From assembly GCA_963854565.1 (NCBI GenBank), contig CAWKZT010000001.1, forward strand, positions 1 through 35,982: a stretch of 35,982 nt of DNA. The letters are read 5' to 3'. Under the pieces are notes generated by a model. That model was not told the DNA's origin and made no database searches. It saw only the letters and a program-made list of their open reading frames with translations. Numbering within the stretch: position 1 is the first letter of the stretch; each line of letters opens with the position of its first letter. The translations under genes were made by a program, and so were the position numbers. Origin of the DNA: Acidimicrobiia bacterium (GTDB lineage: Bacteria; Actinomycetota; Acidimicrobiia; Acidimicrobiales; JAHEJN01). This document shows positions 17,322-26,451 of this stretch, one piece after another.

Positions 17322-18458
17322 ATGAAGAGTCCTGTTTGTGAGATGTTTGGTATCGAATTTCCAATCCTGGCGTTCAGTCACTGCCGTGACGTGGTCGCCG
17401 CGGTTTCGAAGGCCGGTGGGTTGGGGGTTCTGGGCGTTGTGGCACATTCTCCGGCCCAACTCGAAATTGATCTCACCTGGATCGAAGAAGAAATTGGCGA
17501 TCTTCCTTACGGCGTCGACATCATCATTCCGGCCAAGTTGGCGACGGGGTCGGCCTCGGGTGCGCCAACGGTCGCCGAAATCGACGAGTTGATCCCGCAA
17601 GAGCACCGCGATTTTGTCAACGACATTATTGACCGGTACGACGTTCCGGGACTTGCCGACGAAGGGAAAGGCTGGGTGTCGGGGTCAGATTCGGCGCCAT
17701 TTTCCGCGGACCGGGCGGCGGGGCATCTTGATGTGGCCATGTCGCACAACATTGCGTTGATCGCTAATGCGCTGGGACCACCACCGGGGTATCTCATTGA
17801 GCAAGCGCATGCCAAGGGCATCAAGGTGGTTGCGTTAGCTGGCACGATCACGCATGCCGAGCGCCACGTTGCCGCCGGGGTTGACCTGATCGTGGCGCAA
17901 GGCGCAGAAGCAGGCGGACATACCGGGGAGATCGGCACGATGGTGTTGGTTCCTGAGATCGTCGACGCTGTTGCACCAGTGCCCGTTCTTGGCGCGGGTG
18001 GAATCGGGCGAGGCCGCCAGATGGCAGCCGCTATGGCGTTGGGTGCGGCCGGTGTTTGGTGTGGGTCGGTATGGCTGACCACTGAAGAAGCCGAGACTCA
18101 TCCCACGGTGAAACAGAAGATGTTGGCGGCTCGTTCTACCGACACACTGCGGTCCCGTTCGCTAACCGGCAAGCCAGCCCGCCAACTTCGGTCGGCCTGG
18201 ACTGACGAATGGGAGCGGGACGATACGCCTGCCCCGTTGGGGATGCCCTTGCAGCCGTTATTGATTGCTGACGCGCAGCGGCGGATTAATAGGGCGGCGC
18301 ATACCGAAGGCTCGGGTGCTGCTGATCTTTCGAACTACTTCGTCGGCCAGATAGTGGGCACGATGAACAAGACTTTGCCCGCCCGGCAAGTTGTTTATGA
18401 CATCGTTGAAGAGTTCATCGAGGCCACGCAGCATCTGAACGCATTGCTGGAGGACTAG
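17322..18458 (+). CDS. nitronate monooxygenase / NAD(P)H-dependent flavin oxidoreductase family
   Basis: N-terminus FGIEFPILAFSHCRDVVAAVSKAGGLGVLG, plus QGAEAGGHTGEIGT and a GAGGIGRG FMN-binding-like pattern. The start is chosen at the Met of MKSPVCEMFG; 17343 is also possible. Confidence 0.85.
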   Translation: MKSPVCEMFGIEFPILAFSHCRDVVAAVSKAGGLGVLGVVAHSPAQLEIDLTWIEEEIGDLPYGVDIIIPAKLATGSASGAPTVAEIDELIPQEHRDFVNDIIDRYDVPGLADEGKGWVSGSDSAPFSADRAAGHLDVAMSHNIALIANALGPPPGYLIEQAHAKGIKVVALAGTITHAERHVAAGVDLIVAQGAEAGGHTGEIGTMVLVPEIVDAVAPVPVLGAGGIGRGRQMAAAMALGAAGVWCGSVWLTTEEAETHPTVKQKMLAARSTDTLRSRSLTGKPARQLRSAWTDEWERDDTPAPLGMPLQPLLIADAQRRINRAAHTEGSGAADLSNYFVGQIVGTMNKTLPARQVVYDIVEEFIEATQHLNALLED

Positions 18459-18893
18459 CTAGTGGGTGCCGGAAATGAAACCCTTTAGGGCTTCGGATTC
18501 GGTCTCGAGGGTCTTCATGCGTTGTTTGACGATGTCGCCGAGACTCACGATGCCCACGAGGATGTTTTCGTTGGTTACAGGAACGTGGCGAATGCGGTTC
18601 TCCGTCATTAAGGTCATCAGATCATCGACGCTGTCGGCCGGAGAACAGGTGATGACGTTGGCGGTCATGATGTCGGCCACCCGCAAACGAAAGGTCCATT
18701 CCTGATCCTTCGCGAAACTACGGACGACGTCTCGTTCGGAGATGATGCCCTCGATGGTCTTCTTGTCGGACGAAACGACAAGCGCGCCGATACCCCATTC
18801 GGCCAACATGTCAATGGCTTCGGCCACACGATCGTCGGGATTGATCGTGGCGACGCGATCACCTTTTGCGGACAAGACGGCGGAAATGGTCAT
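18459..18893 (-). CDS. CBS-domain pair protein
   Basis: Two CBS-like repeats (GIGALVVSS...GIISERDV and IRHVPVTNENILVGIVSLGDIV). I prefer the ATG at 18893, preceded by GGAAGGA, over the track start at 18956. Confidence 0.85.
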   Translation of the reverse strand: MTISAVLSAKGDRVATINPDDRVAEAIDMLAEWGIGALVVSSDKKTIEGIISERDVVRSFAKDQEWTFRLRVADIMTANVITCSPADSVDDLMTLMTENRIRHVPVTNENILVGIVSLGDIVKQRMKTLETESEALKGFISGTH

Positions 18894-19058
18894 CGTAAAA
18901 TCCTTCCGTAGGTTGACTCGGAAAGCACTCGTTGCTGGGTGACTTGCTGTTTTCACCTTAGATCAAGAAAGTAGATTGTGGAACCGAAAGTGGTTGGCGC
19001 CCGGGGATTCCCAAAGTTGGTGCACCGCCGCGGCGAAAGATCGTCGTAGTCTCAGGCC

Positions 19059-19733
19059 ATGCAAGTTGTGGCCATTGGGGCAATAAAGGGCGGGGTAGGG
19101 AAGAGCACCGCGGCGGCAAATCTGGCCCTGGTGGCCGCTGAGTCGGGACTGCGCACCATCCTGTGGGATCTCGATAGGCAAGGGGCCTCGTGTCACCTTT
19201 TGGACATTGAGTGCGTTTCCCCAACAGCCCCGCAAAGTCGGTGGTTTCGTAAGCGTCCGGTATTCTCCGACCCGGTTGTTTCCGGTCACCATCCATTGCT
19301 GCGGGTAATCCCTGGCGGCATTACTACCGACGTGGAGCAGCGAGTCAATGCGCTCCGTGCCGATGCTGATCTCGTGCTGCTTGATCTGCCAGCAGGGTTA
19401 GACGGACCCGTTCTAGGAGCGTTGGCGGTTGCTGATCAGATCTTGGTACCGGTGGTGGCCTCGGATCTTTCTCTTCGCGCTTTTGATCAGCTGGTCCGAG
19501 TTACCGATGGAACCCGGACCCGGGCGTTCGCCAGCATGTTCGATTCTACAAAACGGCGACATCAGGAGTTTCACGAACAACTCCAAACGGGCCCACGCGA
19601 GGTTTGCTCGGCGGTCATACCTGCAGCCGTCGAGGTCGAGCGAGCATGTGAACAACGCGTTCCCGTAACGCGTGCATTTCCCAAAGGCCGTGCTGCTCGG
19701 GCGTACCGGGACCTGTGGGCCGAGATTAGCTAG
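19059..19733 (+). CDS. ParA/MinD-like P-loop ATPase (orphan, no ParB nearby)
   Basis: Deviant Walker A IKGGVGKST at the N-terminus and Walker B-like LVLLDLPAG. Confidence 0.8.
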   Translation: MQVVAIGAIKGGVGKSTAAANLALVAAESGLRTILWDLDRQGASCHLLDIECVSPTAPQSRWFRKRPVFSDPVVSGHHPLLRVIPGGITTDVEQRVNALRADADLVLLDLPAGLDGPVLGALAVADQILVPVVASDLSLRAFDQLVRVTDGTRTRAFASMFDSTKRRHQEFHEQLQTGPREVCSAVIPAAVEVERACEQRVPVTRAFPKGRAARAYRDLWAEIS

Positions 19734-21001
19734 AGGTAAAGCAAGGGGTCGACGGGCGAGCCCTTGACCCGGATTTCGAAATGCAAGTGCGCTCCGGTGG
19801 ACCAACCGGTAGATCCGACGTAACCAATTATTGTCCCGGAGTTGACGGATTGCCCGACGCTAGAACCTAACTGGGACTGGTGCGCATAGAGGGAGGTGAA
19901 ACTGCCACCGTGGTCGATGATGACCGTGTTTCCGTAGCCGTCTCTCCAGCCTGCGAAGATCACAACTCCGGGCGCGGCGGCGGCGATGGGGGTTCCCATG
20001 CTGGCGTTGAGGTCGACGCCGGAATGAAAGCGTTGGACCCCAAAGATCGGGTGAATGCGGTAGCCGAAGGATGAGGCGATCCCCCCGCTTACTGGCCAGA
20101 TAAATGCGGTAGGTGCAGTGGCGGGCGGAAGGGCTGGAGGCGTTGTGTTATTGCGGTTGTTCTGGGCATTGATTTCGGCCTGTCGTTCGGCTTCGGCCTG
20201 TCGGGATATCTCGGCTTGGCGCTGACGTTCGGCCTCGCGCTCGCGGGCGAGTTGGGCTTGCCTCTCGGCTTCGATGCGAGCTTCTTCACCGATGATCCAC
20301 TGGGTGAGCTCGTCATTCTGGCTTTCGAGAGCGGCTGCTTCAGATTCCCAGTCACCGATGCGACGCTCGATGTCGTCCTGGATAGCTTGCTGGGTCTGGC
20401 GGGCCTCATCAAGATCGACTAGGTCTGATTGGAGATCGGCTTTGAGTTGTTGGGCAATATCTCGGGCTTGATTGGCTTGATTGCGGGCCACACGCTGGTC
20501 GTCTTGCAGATTTCGCAATACGGCGATGGCCTCGGCAGAGTTGCCGTTGGCGACTTCGAGAAAGAAGCGACGAAGTTGGCCGTCGCGTGGGTCAGCCGAG
20601 TCGAGCAACACATTGATCTGGTCGTGGTCGGGGGTGATATAGGCACTGACCGCCATAAGTCGCACCTGGGAGCGAGCGAAGTCGATGTCGGCTTCCAGAC
20701 GGTCGGCTTGGGTATCGGCGGCGACGGCGTCAGCCTCGGCCCGGGTTATGCCAGCCTCGGCTTCGACGATGTTGGCCTCCGTTTGGGCAACGAATAGGTC
20801 GATGTCGGCTAGCGCATCAACGACGGCTTGATCGTCTACTGCGAGAAGATCGATTTCGCCAGCCACTGATGCGGCTTCGCGTCGGACATCCTCGCGTTGG
20901 GTTCGAGCGTCGTCGAGAGAGTCCTGCGCGGCAGACGGCACGGTGGCACCGAAGATGGCAAAAACCAAACTGATGCTAAGGAAGGTGAGGATTTTTCGCA
21001 T
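19730..21001 (-). CDS. secreted M23 (LytM-type) peptidoglycan metalloendopeptidase with a long coiled-coil N-terminal region
   Basis: Signal peptide MRKILTFLSISLVFAIFGATVPSAAQD, followed by about 250 aa rich in A/E/Q/R heptads. Intact catalytic motifs HSGVDL and GSTGWSTGAHLHFE. Confidence 0.9.
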   Translation of the reverse strand: MRKILTFLSISLVFAIFGATVPSAAQDSLDDARTQREDVRREAASVAGEIDLLAVDDQAVVDALADIDLFVAQTEANIVEAEAGITRAEADAVAADTQADRLEADIDFARSQVRLMAVSAYITPDHDQINVLLDSADPRDGQLRRFFLEVANGNSAEAIAVLRNLQDDQRVARNQANQARDIAQQLKADLQSDLVDLDEARQTQQAIQDDIERRIGDWESEAAALESQNDELTQWIIGEEARIEAERQAQLAREREAERQRQAEISRQAEAERQAEINAQNNRNNTTPPALPPATAPTAFIWPVSGGIASSFGYRIHPIFGVQRFHSGVDLNASMGTPIAAAAPGVVIFAGWRDGYGNTVIIDHGGSFTSLYAHQSQLGSSVGQSVNSGTIIGYVGSTGWSTGAHLHFEIRVKGSPVDPLLYL

Positions 21002-21123
21002 GAATAAACGGGAGCGAGCGCGTTACAGGGAAGTGAGTAGTGTAACAGAACCGTAATGATTAGGGGTAGCGAGCGGAACGGTTAGGAAATGCCCCGTTTG
21101 TCTCCGCCGCACTGAGTGATCAT

Positions 21124-22299
21124 CTATCCGACGCGCAATAACAAGGCATCGCCTTGTCCGCCGCCGCCACAAAGAGCGGCAGCACCTACGCCGCCGCCGC
21201 GACGGCGAAGTTCGTAGGCAAGCGTCAATGCCAAGCGGTTGCCGGAAGCTCCAATGGGGTGGCCCAGAGCGACAGCCCCGCCATGCACGTTGACGTTGGT
21301 GTCACTGATTCCCAGGTCGGCCATAGAAGCCAGCGCTACTGCGGCAAAAGCTTCGTTGATTTCAAATAGATCAATATCGGCAACGGAAAGTTCAGAACGG
21401 CCGACTGCGGCAGTAATGGCCTGCGACGGCTGATTAAGCAGCGACGGATCGGGGCCGGCAATCTGGCCGTATGAGATAATTGTGGCTAGGGGGGTGAGCC
21501 CTCGGGCGGCGGCGGCGGTTTCGCTCATCACAATCACGGCGGATGCGCCATCGCTAATTTGGCTGGCATTGCCGGCGGTGATGTTGCCGCCTTCACCGAA
21601 GGCAGGTCGCAACTTTGCTAGGCCCTCGGCTGTGGTAGCGCCACGGATTCCTTCGTCGGTCGATACGACAACAGGCTCGCCGCGCCGCTGCGGGACCGAA
21701 ACGGGCACAATTTCCTCGGCCAGGATTCCGGCATCGGTGGCGGCGGCCGCTCGTCGGTGTGACTCAGCCGATAGTGCATCTTGGGAGTCGCGACTGATAG
21801 TGGCGGTGGCGGCGTATTTTTCGGTGGCCTCGCCCATCATGCAGTGTTCAATCGTGCAGTACAGGCCATCATGAAACAACGAGTCGACCATGGTTGCATC
21901 GCCTGCCCGCAGGCCAGCGCGGGCCCCGGGTACCAGATACGGGGCATTGGTCATGGACTCCATACCTCCAGCGACGACTATGTCCGCTTCGCCCGCCGAG
22001 ATCATTTGGTGGGCGAGGTAGATGGTGTTTAGCCCGGAAAGGCAAACCTTGTTGATGGTGGTGGCGGGCGTGGTGAGTGCGATGCCGGCGTTTGTGGCGG
22101 CACGGCGGGCCGTGATCTGACCGGTACCGGCTTGGAGTACGTGTCCCATGTAGACATAGTCAACATCGGCAGGTTTGACGTTGGAGCGGCGCAGCGCCTC
22201 GGTGATGGCAAAGCCACCCAGGTCTGTGGCCGACAGCGAAGCGAATGCTCCGGACAACTTGGCAATAGGCGTGCGGGCGCCTTCGGCGATAACCGTCAT
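21124..22299 (-). CDS. acetyl-CoA C-acetyltransferase (thiolase II)
   Basis: Active-site NKVCLSGL, NVHGGAVALGHPIGASG and a C-terminal CGGGGQG. I prefer the ATG at 22299, preceded by GAAGGA, over the track start at 22371. Confidence 0.9.
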   Translation of the reverse strand: MTVIAEGARTPIAKLSGAFASLSATDLGGFAITEALRRSNVKPADVDYVYMGHVLQAGTGQITARRAATNAGIALTTPATTINKVCLSGLNTIYLAHQMISAGEADIVVAGGMESMTNAPYLVPGARAGLRAGDATMVDSLFHDGLYCTIEHCMMGEATEKYAATATISRDSQDALSAESHRRAAAATDAGILAEEIVPVSVPQRRGEPVVVSTDEGIRGATTAEGLAKLRPAFGEGGNITAGNASQISDGASAVIVMSETAAAARGLTPLATIISYGQIAGPDPSLLNQPSQAITAAVGRSELSVADIDLFEINEAFAAVALASMADLGISDTNVNVHGGAVALGHPIGASGNRLALTLAYELRRRGGGVGAAALCGGGGQGDALLLRVG

Positions 22300-22525
22300 A
22301 GCTGATCCTTCGGAGTTCGGGACGAGTCGTTGAATGTTTCTAAATTGTAGGGGCTTGTGCAGCGTCGGCAATATCGAGTTGGGCGGTGGCGGTCTGAAGC
22401 ACCTGGGCTATTGGGGTGCGACTCCTCCCGTGGATACGGACCCGCATCTTGTTACAAACACTCTTCGTGTCAATTGACCGGGTACTTGGCAAAACCGTAG
22501 CCCGTGAATGTGGCACGCTGGGCGC

Positions 22526-24589
22526 ATGGACGTGCATTTGGTCGATGGGACCTACGAGCTATTTCGGTATCACTACAACCCTGCAAACAAAGATGATCGT
22601 CATGGTGCGACCAAAGGGGTGCTTTCGAGCATGCTCGACTTGGTGCGCGGAGGGGCGACACATGTTGGTATTGCGACCGATCATGTCATTACGTCTTTCC
22701 GCAACGACATGTACGACGATTACAAAGATGGCTCGGACATCGATCCGCAACTGCATGCGCAGTTCCCCGAGATTGAAGATGCACTGCGGGCGGCTGGCTT
22801 CACCGTCTTCCCAATGGTGGAGTATGAAGCCGACGACGGGATGGCTGCTGCTGCGGTGGCAGCCGAGAAAGATCCCGCGGTCGACAAAGTCATCATCTGC
22901 ACCCCGGACAAAGATTTGGGCCAGTGTGTTCGAGCCGACGGGCGCATTGTGCAGTACGACCGACGCAAGCAACTGATGATCGATCAAGCGGGCATTATTG
23001 AGAAATTCGGGGTACCTCCCGAGTCAATCCCGGACTACCTCGGGCTCGTTGGCGATACCGCCGATGGTTTTCCCGGATTACCGGGCTGGGGGGCCAAATC
23101 AACGGCAACGCTGTTAGCCAAGTATGGGCACATTCAGAACATCCCGCCGTCGTCCGATGACTGGCAGGTAAAGGTCCGCGGCGCCGTGAAGTTGGCCGTG
23201 ACTTTGCGCGAGAACTACGACGACGCATTGCTGTTCCGTAAGATCGCCACGGTCATCACCGACATCGACCTCTTCGGGTCCGTCGATGAGATGCGCTGGG
23301 ATGGTCCGACCCCAGCATTTGAACAGATTGCACGCGACCTCGGGCAGGTGGGGCTGTGGAAGCGAGCCGTCGAGTTGCATAAGAATCGTCGAGTCACAAA
23401 AGAGCCGATGACTGTTTCGCTTCGGCCCGTATCGCCCGCCGATCTCGGAGCGCTTTTGCCCATGAATAACGCGGCAGTTCCGGCCGTGAGCCATCTGGAA
23501 ATGCCCGCACTTGAGGCGTTGGTTGACCAGGCCGAATGGTTTACAGTCGTTGAGTCTGAAGGCGAGATAGCGGGTTTCTTGATTGGTATGCATGGTCCGG
23601 GTTTGCCCTACGCCAGTGTCAATTACCGTGAGTTCTGTCGGCGATTTCCTGACGGATTTTGGTACGTCGACCGCATTGTGGTTTCGCCGGACCACCGCAA
23701 CAAGCAGATCGGCGCCACGCTGTACGACGCGTTTGCGAAGTTTGGTCGAGCCAGTTTGGATGGGTCCGCGATAGGTGGTCCGCGTGTCTGCGCCGAGGTA
23801 AATGTTCGTCCGCGCAACGATGGTTCGCTGCGGTTCCACCGCCGTTTCGGGTTCCGCCCCATTGGTGAGTTGGACTATTCCGACGACGGCCAGCGGGTGA
23901 GTCTGTTGGCCTATGACCTCACCGATGGTGCCGCTCCGCTTGATCGGCATCACGTTGTTGACGTGACCGCCAAGCACGATCCCGACCTGGCGCAACGGTT
24001 AGAGTTTGTCTTCGATCTGGATCGTTTGAAGACGGTGCAACGCATGTCGCTCATTACCGATGGCAGTCGCCGCGAAAACACCGCCGAGCATTCGTGGCAT
24101 ATTGCCATGGTGGCTATTGCGTGTGCGCCCACTGCCGCTGAACCAATCAGTATTGATCGGGTGATCGAGATGCTGCTGGTACACGACATTGTTGAGGCTG
24201 ACGCGGGTGATGTCTATATCTACGATGAGCTCACCAGCGATGTCGCGGCAGCAAGTAAGTCTCGGCTCGAAACCGAAGCGGCGAGGCGGATCTTTGGTCT
24301 GTTACCCAATGGCGAGGGTGACCGACTCCGTGAACTTTGGGAAGAGTACGAAGGTCAGACCAGCGCCGATGCACGGTTTGCCAAGGCTTGTGACCGAATT
24401 CAGCCGTTCTTGTTGAATGCTGCCAACGGTGGAAAATCGTGGACAGAGAACAACATCACCGCTTCGCAGGTGCGTCACGCGATGAGCGAGGTCAAGGTCG
24501 GTGCACCAAGATTGGTCGAGATGGTCGAAAGACTCATAGCCGAGCAAGTAGCCATCGGCCACTTACCCGAAGGATCGCCCCCGACGTAA
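22526..24589 (+). CDS. three-domain fusion protein: 5'-3' exonuclease/FEN (PIN-like) + GNAT acetyltransferase + HD-domain phosphohydrolase
   Basis: N-terminal domain has VEYEADDGMAAAA, TPDKDLGQC and GLVGDTADGFPGLPGWGAKSTATLL (H3TH). The middle domain is GNAT, with motif A VDRIVVSPDHRNKQIGATLYDAF and LRFHRRFGF. The C-terminal domain has RRENTAEHSWHIAMVA and LVHDIVEADAGD, an HD of the YfbR-like type. It is one uninterrupted ORF. Confidence 0.8.
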   Translation: MDVHLVDGTYELFRYHYNPANKDDRHGATKGVLSSMLDLVRGGATHVGIATDHVITSFRNDMYDDYKDGSDIDPQLHAQFPEIEDALRAAGFTVFPMVEYEADDGMAAAAVAAEKDPAVDKVIICTPDKDLGQCVRADGRIVQYDRRKQLMIDQAGIIEKFGVPPESIPDYLGLVGDTADGFPGLPGWGAKSTATLLAKYGHIQNIPPSSDDWQVKVRGAVKLAVTLRENYDDALLFRKIATVITDIDLFGSVDEMRWDGPTPAFEQIARDLGQVGLWKRAVELHKNRRVTKEPMTVSLRPVSPADLGALLPMNNAAVPAVSHLEMPALEALVDQAEWFTVVESEGEIAGFLIGMHGPGLPYASVNYREFCRRFPDGFWYVDRIVVSPDHRNKQIGATLYDAFAKFGRASLDGSAIGGPRVCAEVNVRPRNDGSLRFHRRFGFRPIGELDYSDDGQRVSLLAYDLTDGAAPLDRHHVVDVTAKHDPDLAQRLEFVFDLDRLKTVQRMSLITDGSRRENTAEHSWHIAMVAIACAPTAAEPISIDRVIEMLLVHDIVEADAGDVYIYDELTSDVAAASKSRLETEAARRIFGLLPNGEGDRLRELWEEYEGQTSADARFAKACDRIQPFLLNAANGGKSWTENNITASQVRHAMSEVKVGAPRLVEMVERLIAEQVAIGHLPEGSPPT

Positions 24590-24658
24590 TTTTCCGTCCG
24601 GACACAGGAGGTCGTGCCGGCTAGCTCCGCGACGGGCGCGCCATCTACGCTCTTCGCC

Positions 24659-25798
24659 ATGACCTCGATTCGTCCGTATTCCATCCAAATAGATGACGAT
24701 GCTCTCGCCGATCTTGCGCAACGTCTGGCCAATACTCGCTTCCCCGAAGCCGAGCCGGTAGATGACTGGTCGCAGGGCATCCCGTTAGCGGAGGTGCAGA
24801 AACTGGCCGAGTACTGGCGAGACGAGTACGACTGGCGCGCTCGTGAATCTGGCATTAACAAGATTCCGGGGTTTGTCACCGAAATCGATGGTCTTGATAT
24901 TCACTTCCTGCACGCCCGGTCATCGAACCCCGATGCGCTCCCGATTGTGATGACCCACGGCTGGCCTGGCTCAGTTCTTGAGTTTCGCAAGATCATGCCA
25001 TTGCTTACCGAGCCCCAGGAGCACGGGGGCGAAGCGGCCGATGCGTTCCATGTAATTTGTCCGGCAATGCCCGGTTATGGATTTTCTGACAAGCCAGCCG
25101 AAACCGGCTGGACAGTTCAGCGTATTGGCGCGGCATGGGCTGAGTTGATGGGTCGTTTGGGATATGACAGGTACGTGGCGCAGGGCGGTGACTGGGGGTC
25201 AGCGGTAACCGCAGCTCTTGGGGCCCTTGCTCCGGACGGCCTCATAGCGGTTCACTCAAATATGCCGATCGCGCCGCCGACCGAAGAATCTATGGCGGAT
25301 CTCACTCCAGCCGAGATGGCCGCACTGGAAGCGTTTGGCTACTACGACGAGCACGATTCGGGTTACTCCAAACAACAAAGTACCCGACCCCAAACGCTGG
25401 GCTACGCGCTGGCTGACTCACCGGTGGGACAAATGGCTTGGATCGTCGAGAAGATTTCGCAGTGGACCGACAAGACGAGACCAGTCACCGACTTCTTTAG
25501 CTACGACGAGATTCTCGACAATGTCATGTTCTATTGGTTTACCAATGCAGGGACTTCGTCAGGCCGTCTCTACGCCGAGAGTTTCGGTAACTTTGCCGAA
25601 GATCCCGTGCAGGTGCCAGCCGGCGTTAGCGCCTTCCCCAACGAGATTCTTAAGACCAGTAAGCGGTGGTGCGAAGCAGGGAACTATCCAAATATCGTGT
25701 TCTGGTCTGACCATGAGCGTGGCGGTCATTTCCCTGCATGGGAAGTGCCGGAGTTATTAGCCGCCGACCTCCGAGCCATGTTCCGAACCTACCGATAG
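24659..25798 (+). CDS. epoxide hydrolase (N-terminal EHN domain + alpha/beta hydrolase fold)
   Basis: IRPYSIQIDDDALADLAQRLANTRFPE (EHN N-terminus), HGWPGS oxyanion motif and GGDWGS nucleophile motif. The track's GTG at 24614, only 2 nt after AGGAGG, is an alternative start. Confidence 0.85.
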   Translation: MTSIRPYSIQIDDDALADLAQRLANTRFPEAEPVDDWSQGIPLAEVQKLAEYWRDEYDWRARESGINKIPGFVTEIDGLDIHFLHARSSNPDALPIVMTHGWPGSVLEFRKIMPLLTEPQEHGGEAADAFHVICPAMPGYGFSDKPAETGWTVQRIGAAWAELMGRLGYDRYVAQGGDWGSAVTAALGALAPDGLIAVHSNMPIAPPTEESMADLTPAEMAALEAFGYYDEHDSGYSKQQSTRPQTLGYALADSPVGQMAWIVEKISQWTDKTRPVTDFFSYDEILDNVMFYWFTNAGTSSGRLYAESFGNFAEDPVQVPAGVSAFPNEILKTSKRWCEAGNYPNIVFWSDHERGGHFPAWEVPELLAADLRAMFRTYR

Positions 25799-25815
25799 AG
25801 AATCGAACAAGAGAT

Positions 25816-25837
25816 GACGGCCGTGTCCTCGGCCGTC
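25816..25837. terminator. hairpin between convergent genes (possible U-tract-less terminator)
   Basis: GACGGCCG-TGTCCT-CGGCCGTC, a perfect 8-bp GC-rich stem in the 77-nt gap between the epoxide hydrolase and LOG gene ends. There is no clear T-run. Confidence 0.4.
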
Positions 25838-25875
25838 CAGCGATGAGCCTCGTGGGCGAAGAGCAAGAAATAGAG

Positions 25876-26451
25876 CTAGTTCAGGCTGGTGATTCCTTCG
25901 ACTTTGTTTACTTCGGTGAGCAACTGAAGCGCATCGCTGGGCGTGTTGGCGTGATGGATTATGTCGCGGTTGCCCGAACGAATGAACCCCGCGTCGACTA
26001 CGGAGTCCAGGAAGTTGGTCATCTGATCCCAGAAGCCATCGCGATCTAGCAGAACCACCCGTTTGGGACGATCGTGCAGTTTGATCTGGGTCCAGGTGGC
26101 AGCCTCGAACACTTCTTCAAGTGTCCCGAGCCCTCCTGGTAGCGCAATAAATCCATCACTCAGGGCGTACATGAGTGATTTGCGAGCGTGCATGTCCGGC
26201 ACTTTGTGCAATTCGGTGATGGCTTCGTTGGGGATTTCGGTGGAGAATAGGCCCTGGGGGATGACGCCGATGACCTTGCCTCCCGCCGCCATAGTGGTTG
26301 CCGCAATGGTGCCCATGAGCCCAACCTCGCCGCCACCATAAACCAACTCGATATCTCGTTGAGCCAGCAGTTGGCCGAGTTCAATTGCCAGGTCAGTGTG
26401 CCCGGGCACGTTGCCATCATTGGATCCACAAAAAACACAAACACGCTTCAT
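25876..26451 (-). CDS. LOG family protein (cytokinin riboside 5'-monophosphate phosphoribohydrolase / lysine-decarboxylase-like)
   Basis: MKRVCVFCGS, VYGGGEVGLMG and PGGLGTLEE(V)FE motifs. I prefer the ATG at 26451 over the track start at 26688. Confidence 0.85.
   Translation of the reverse strand: MKRVCVFCGSNDGNVPGHTDLAIELGQLLAQRDIELVYGGGEVGLMGTIAATTMAAGGKVIGVIPQGLFSTEIPNEAITELHKVPDMHARKSLMYALSDGFIALPGGLGTLEEVFEAATWTQIKLHDRPKRVVLLDRDGFWDQMTNFLDSVVDAGFIRSGNRDIIHHANTPSDALQLLTEVNKVEGITSLN

Noticed and set aside
16977-17606. 209-aa minus-strand ORF spanning the intergenic region and the start of the nitronate monooxygenase gene.
   Set aside because: It overlaps two better-supported genes (15965..17071 and 17322..18458). 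Its composition is Arg-rich and low-complexity, with no motif.
20160-20290. Imperfect tandem DNA repeats (TTCGGCCTGTCG x2 and related) inside the M23 gene.
   Set aside because: They encode the low-complexity AERQAE coiled-coil segment. That is a protein-level explanation, not an independent element.
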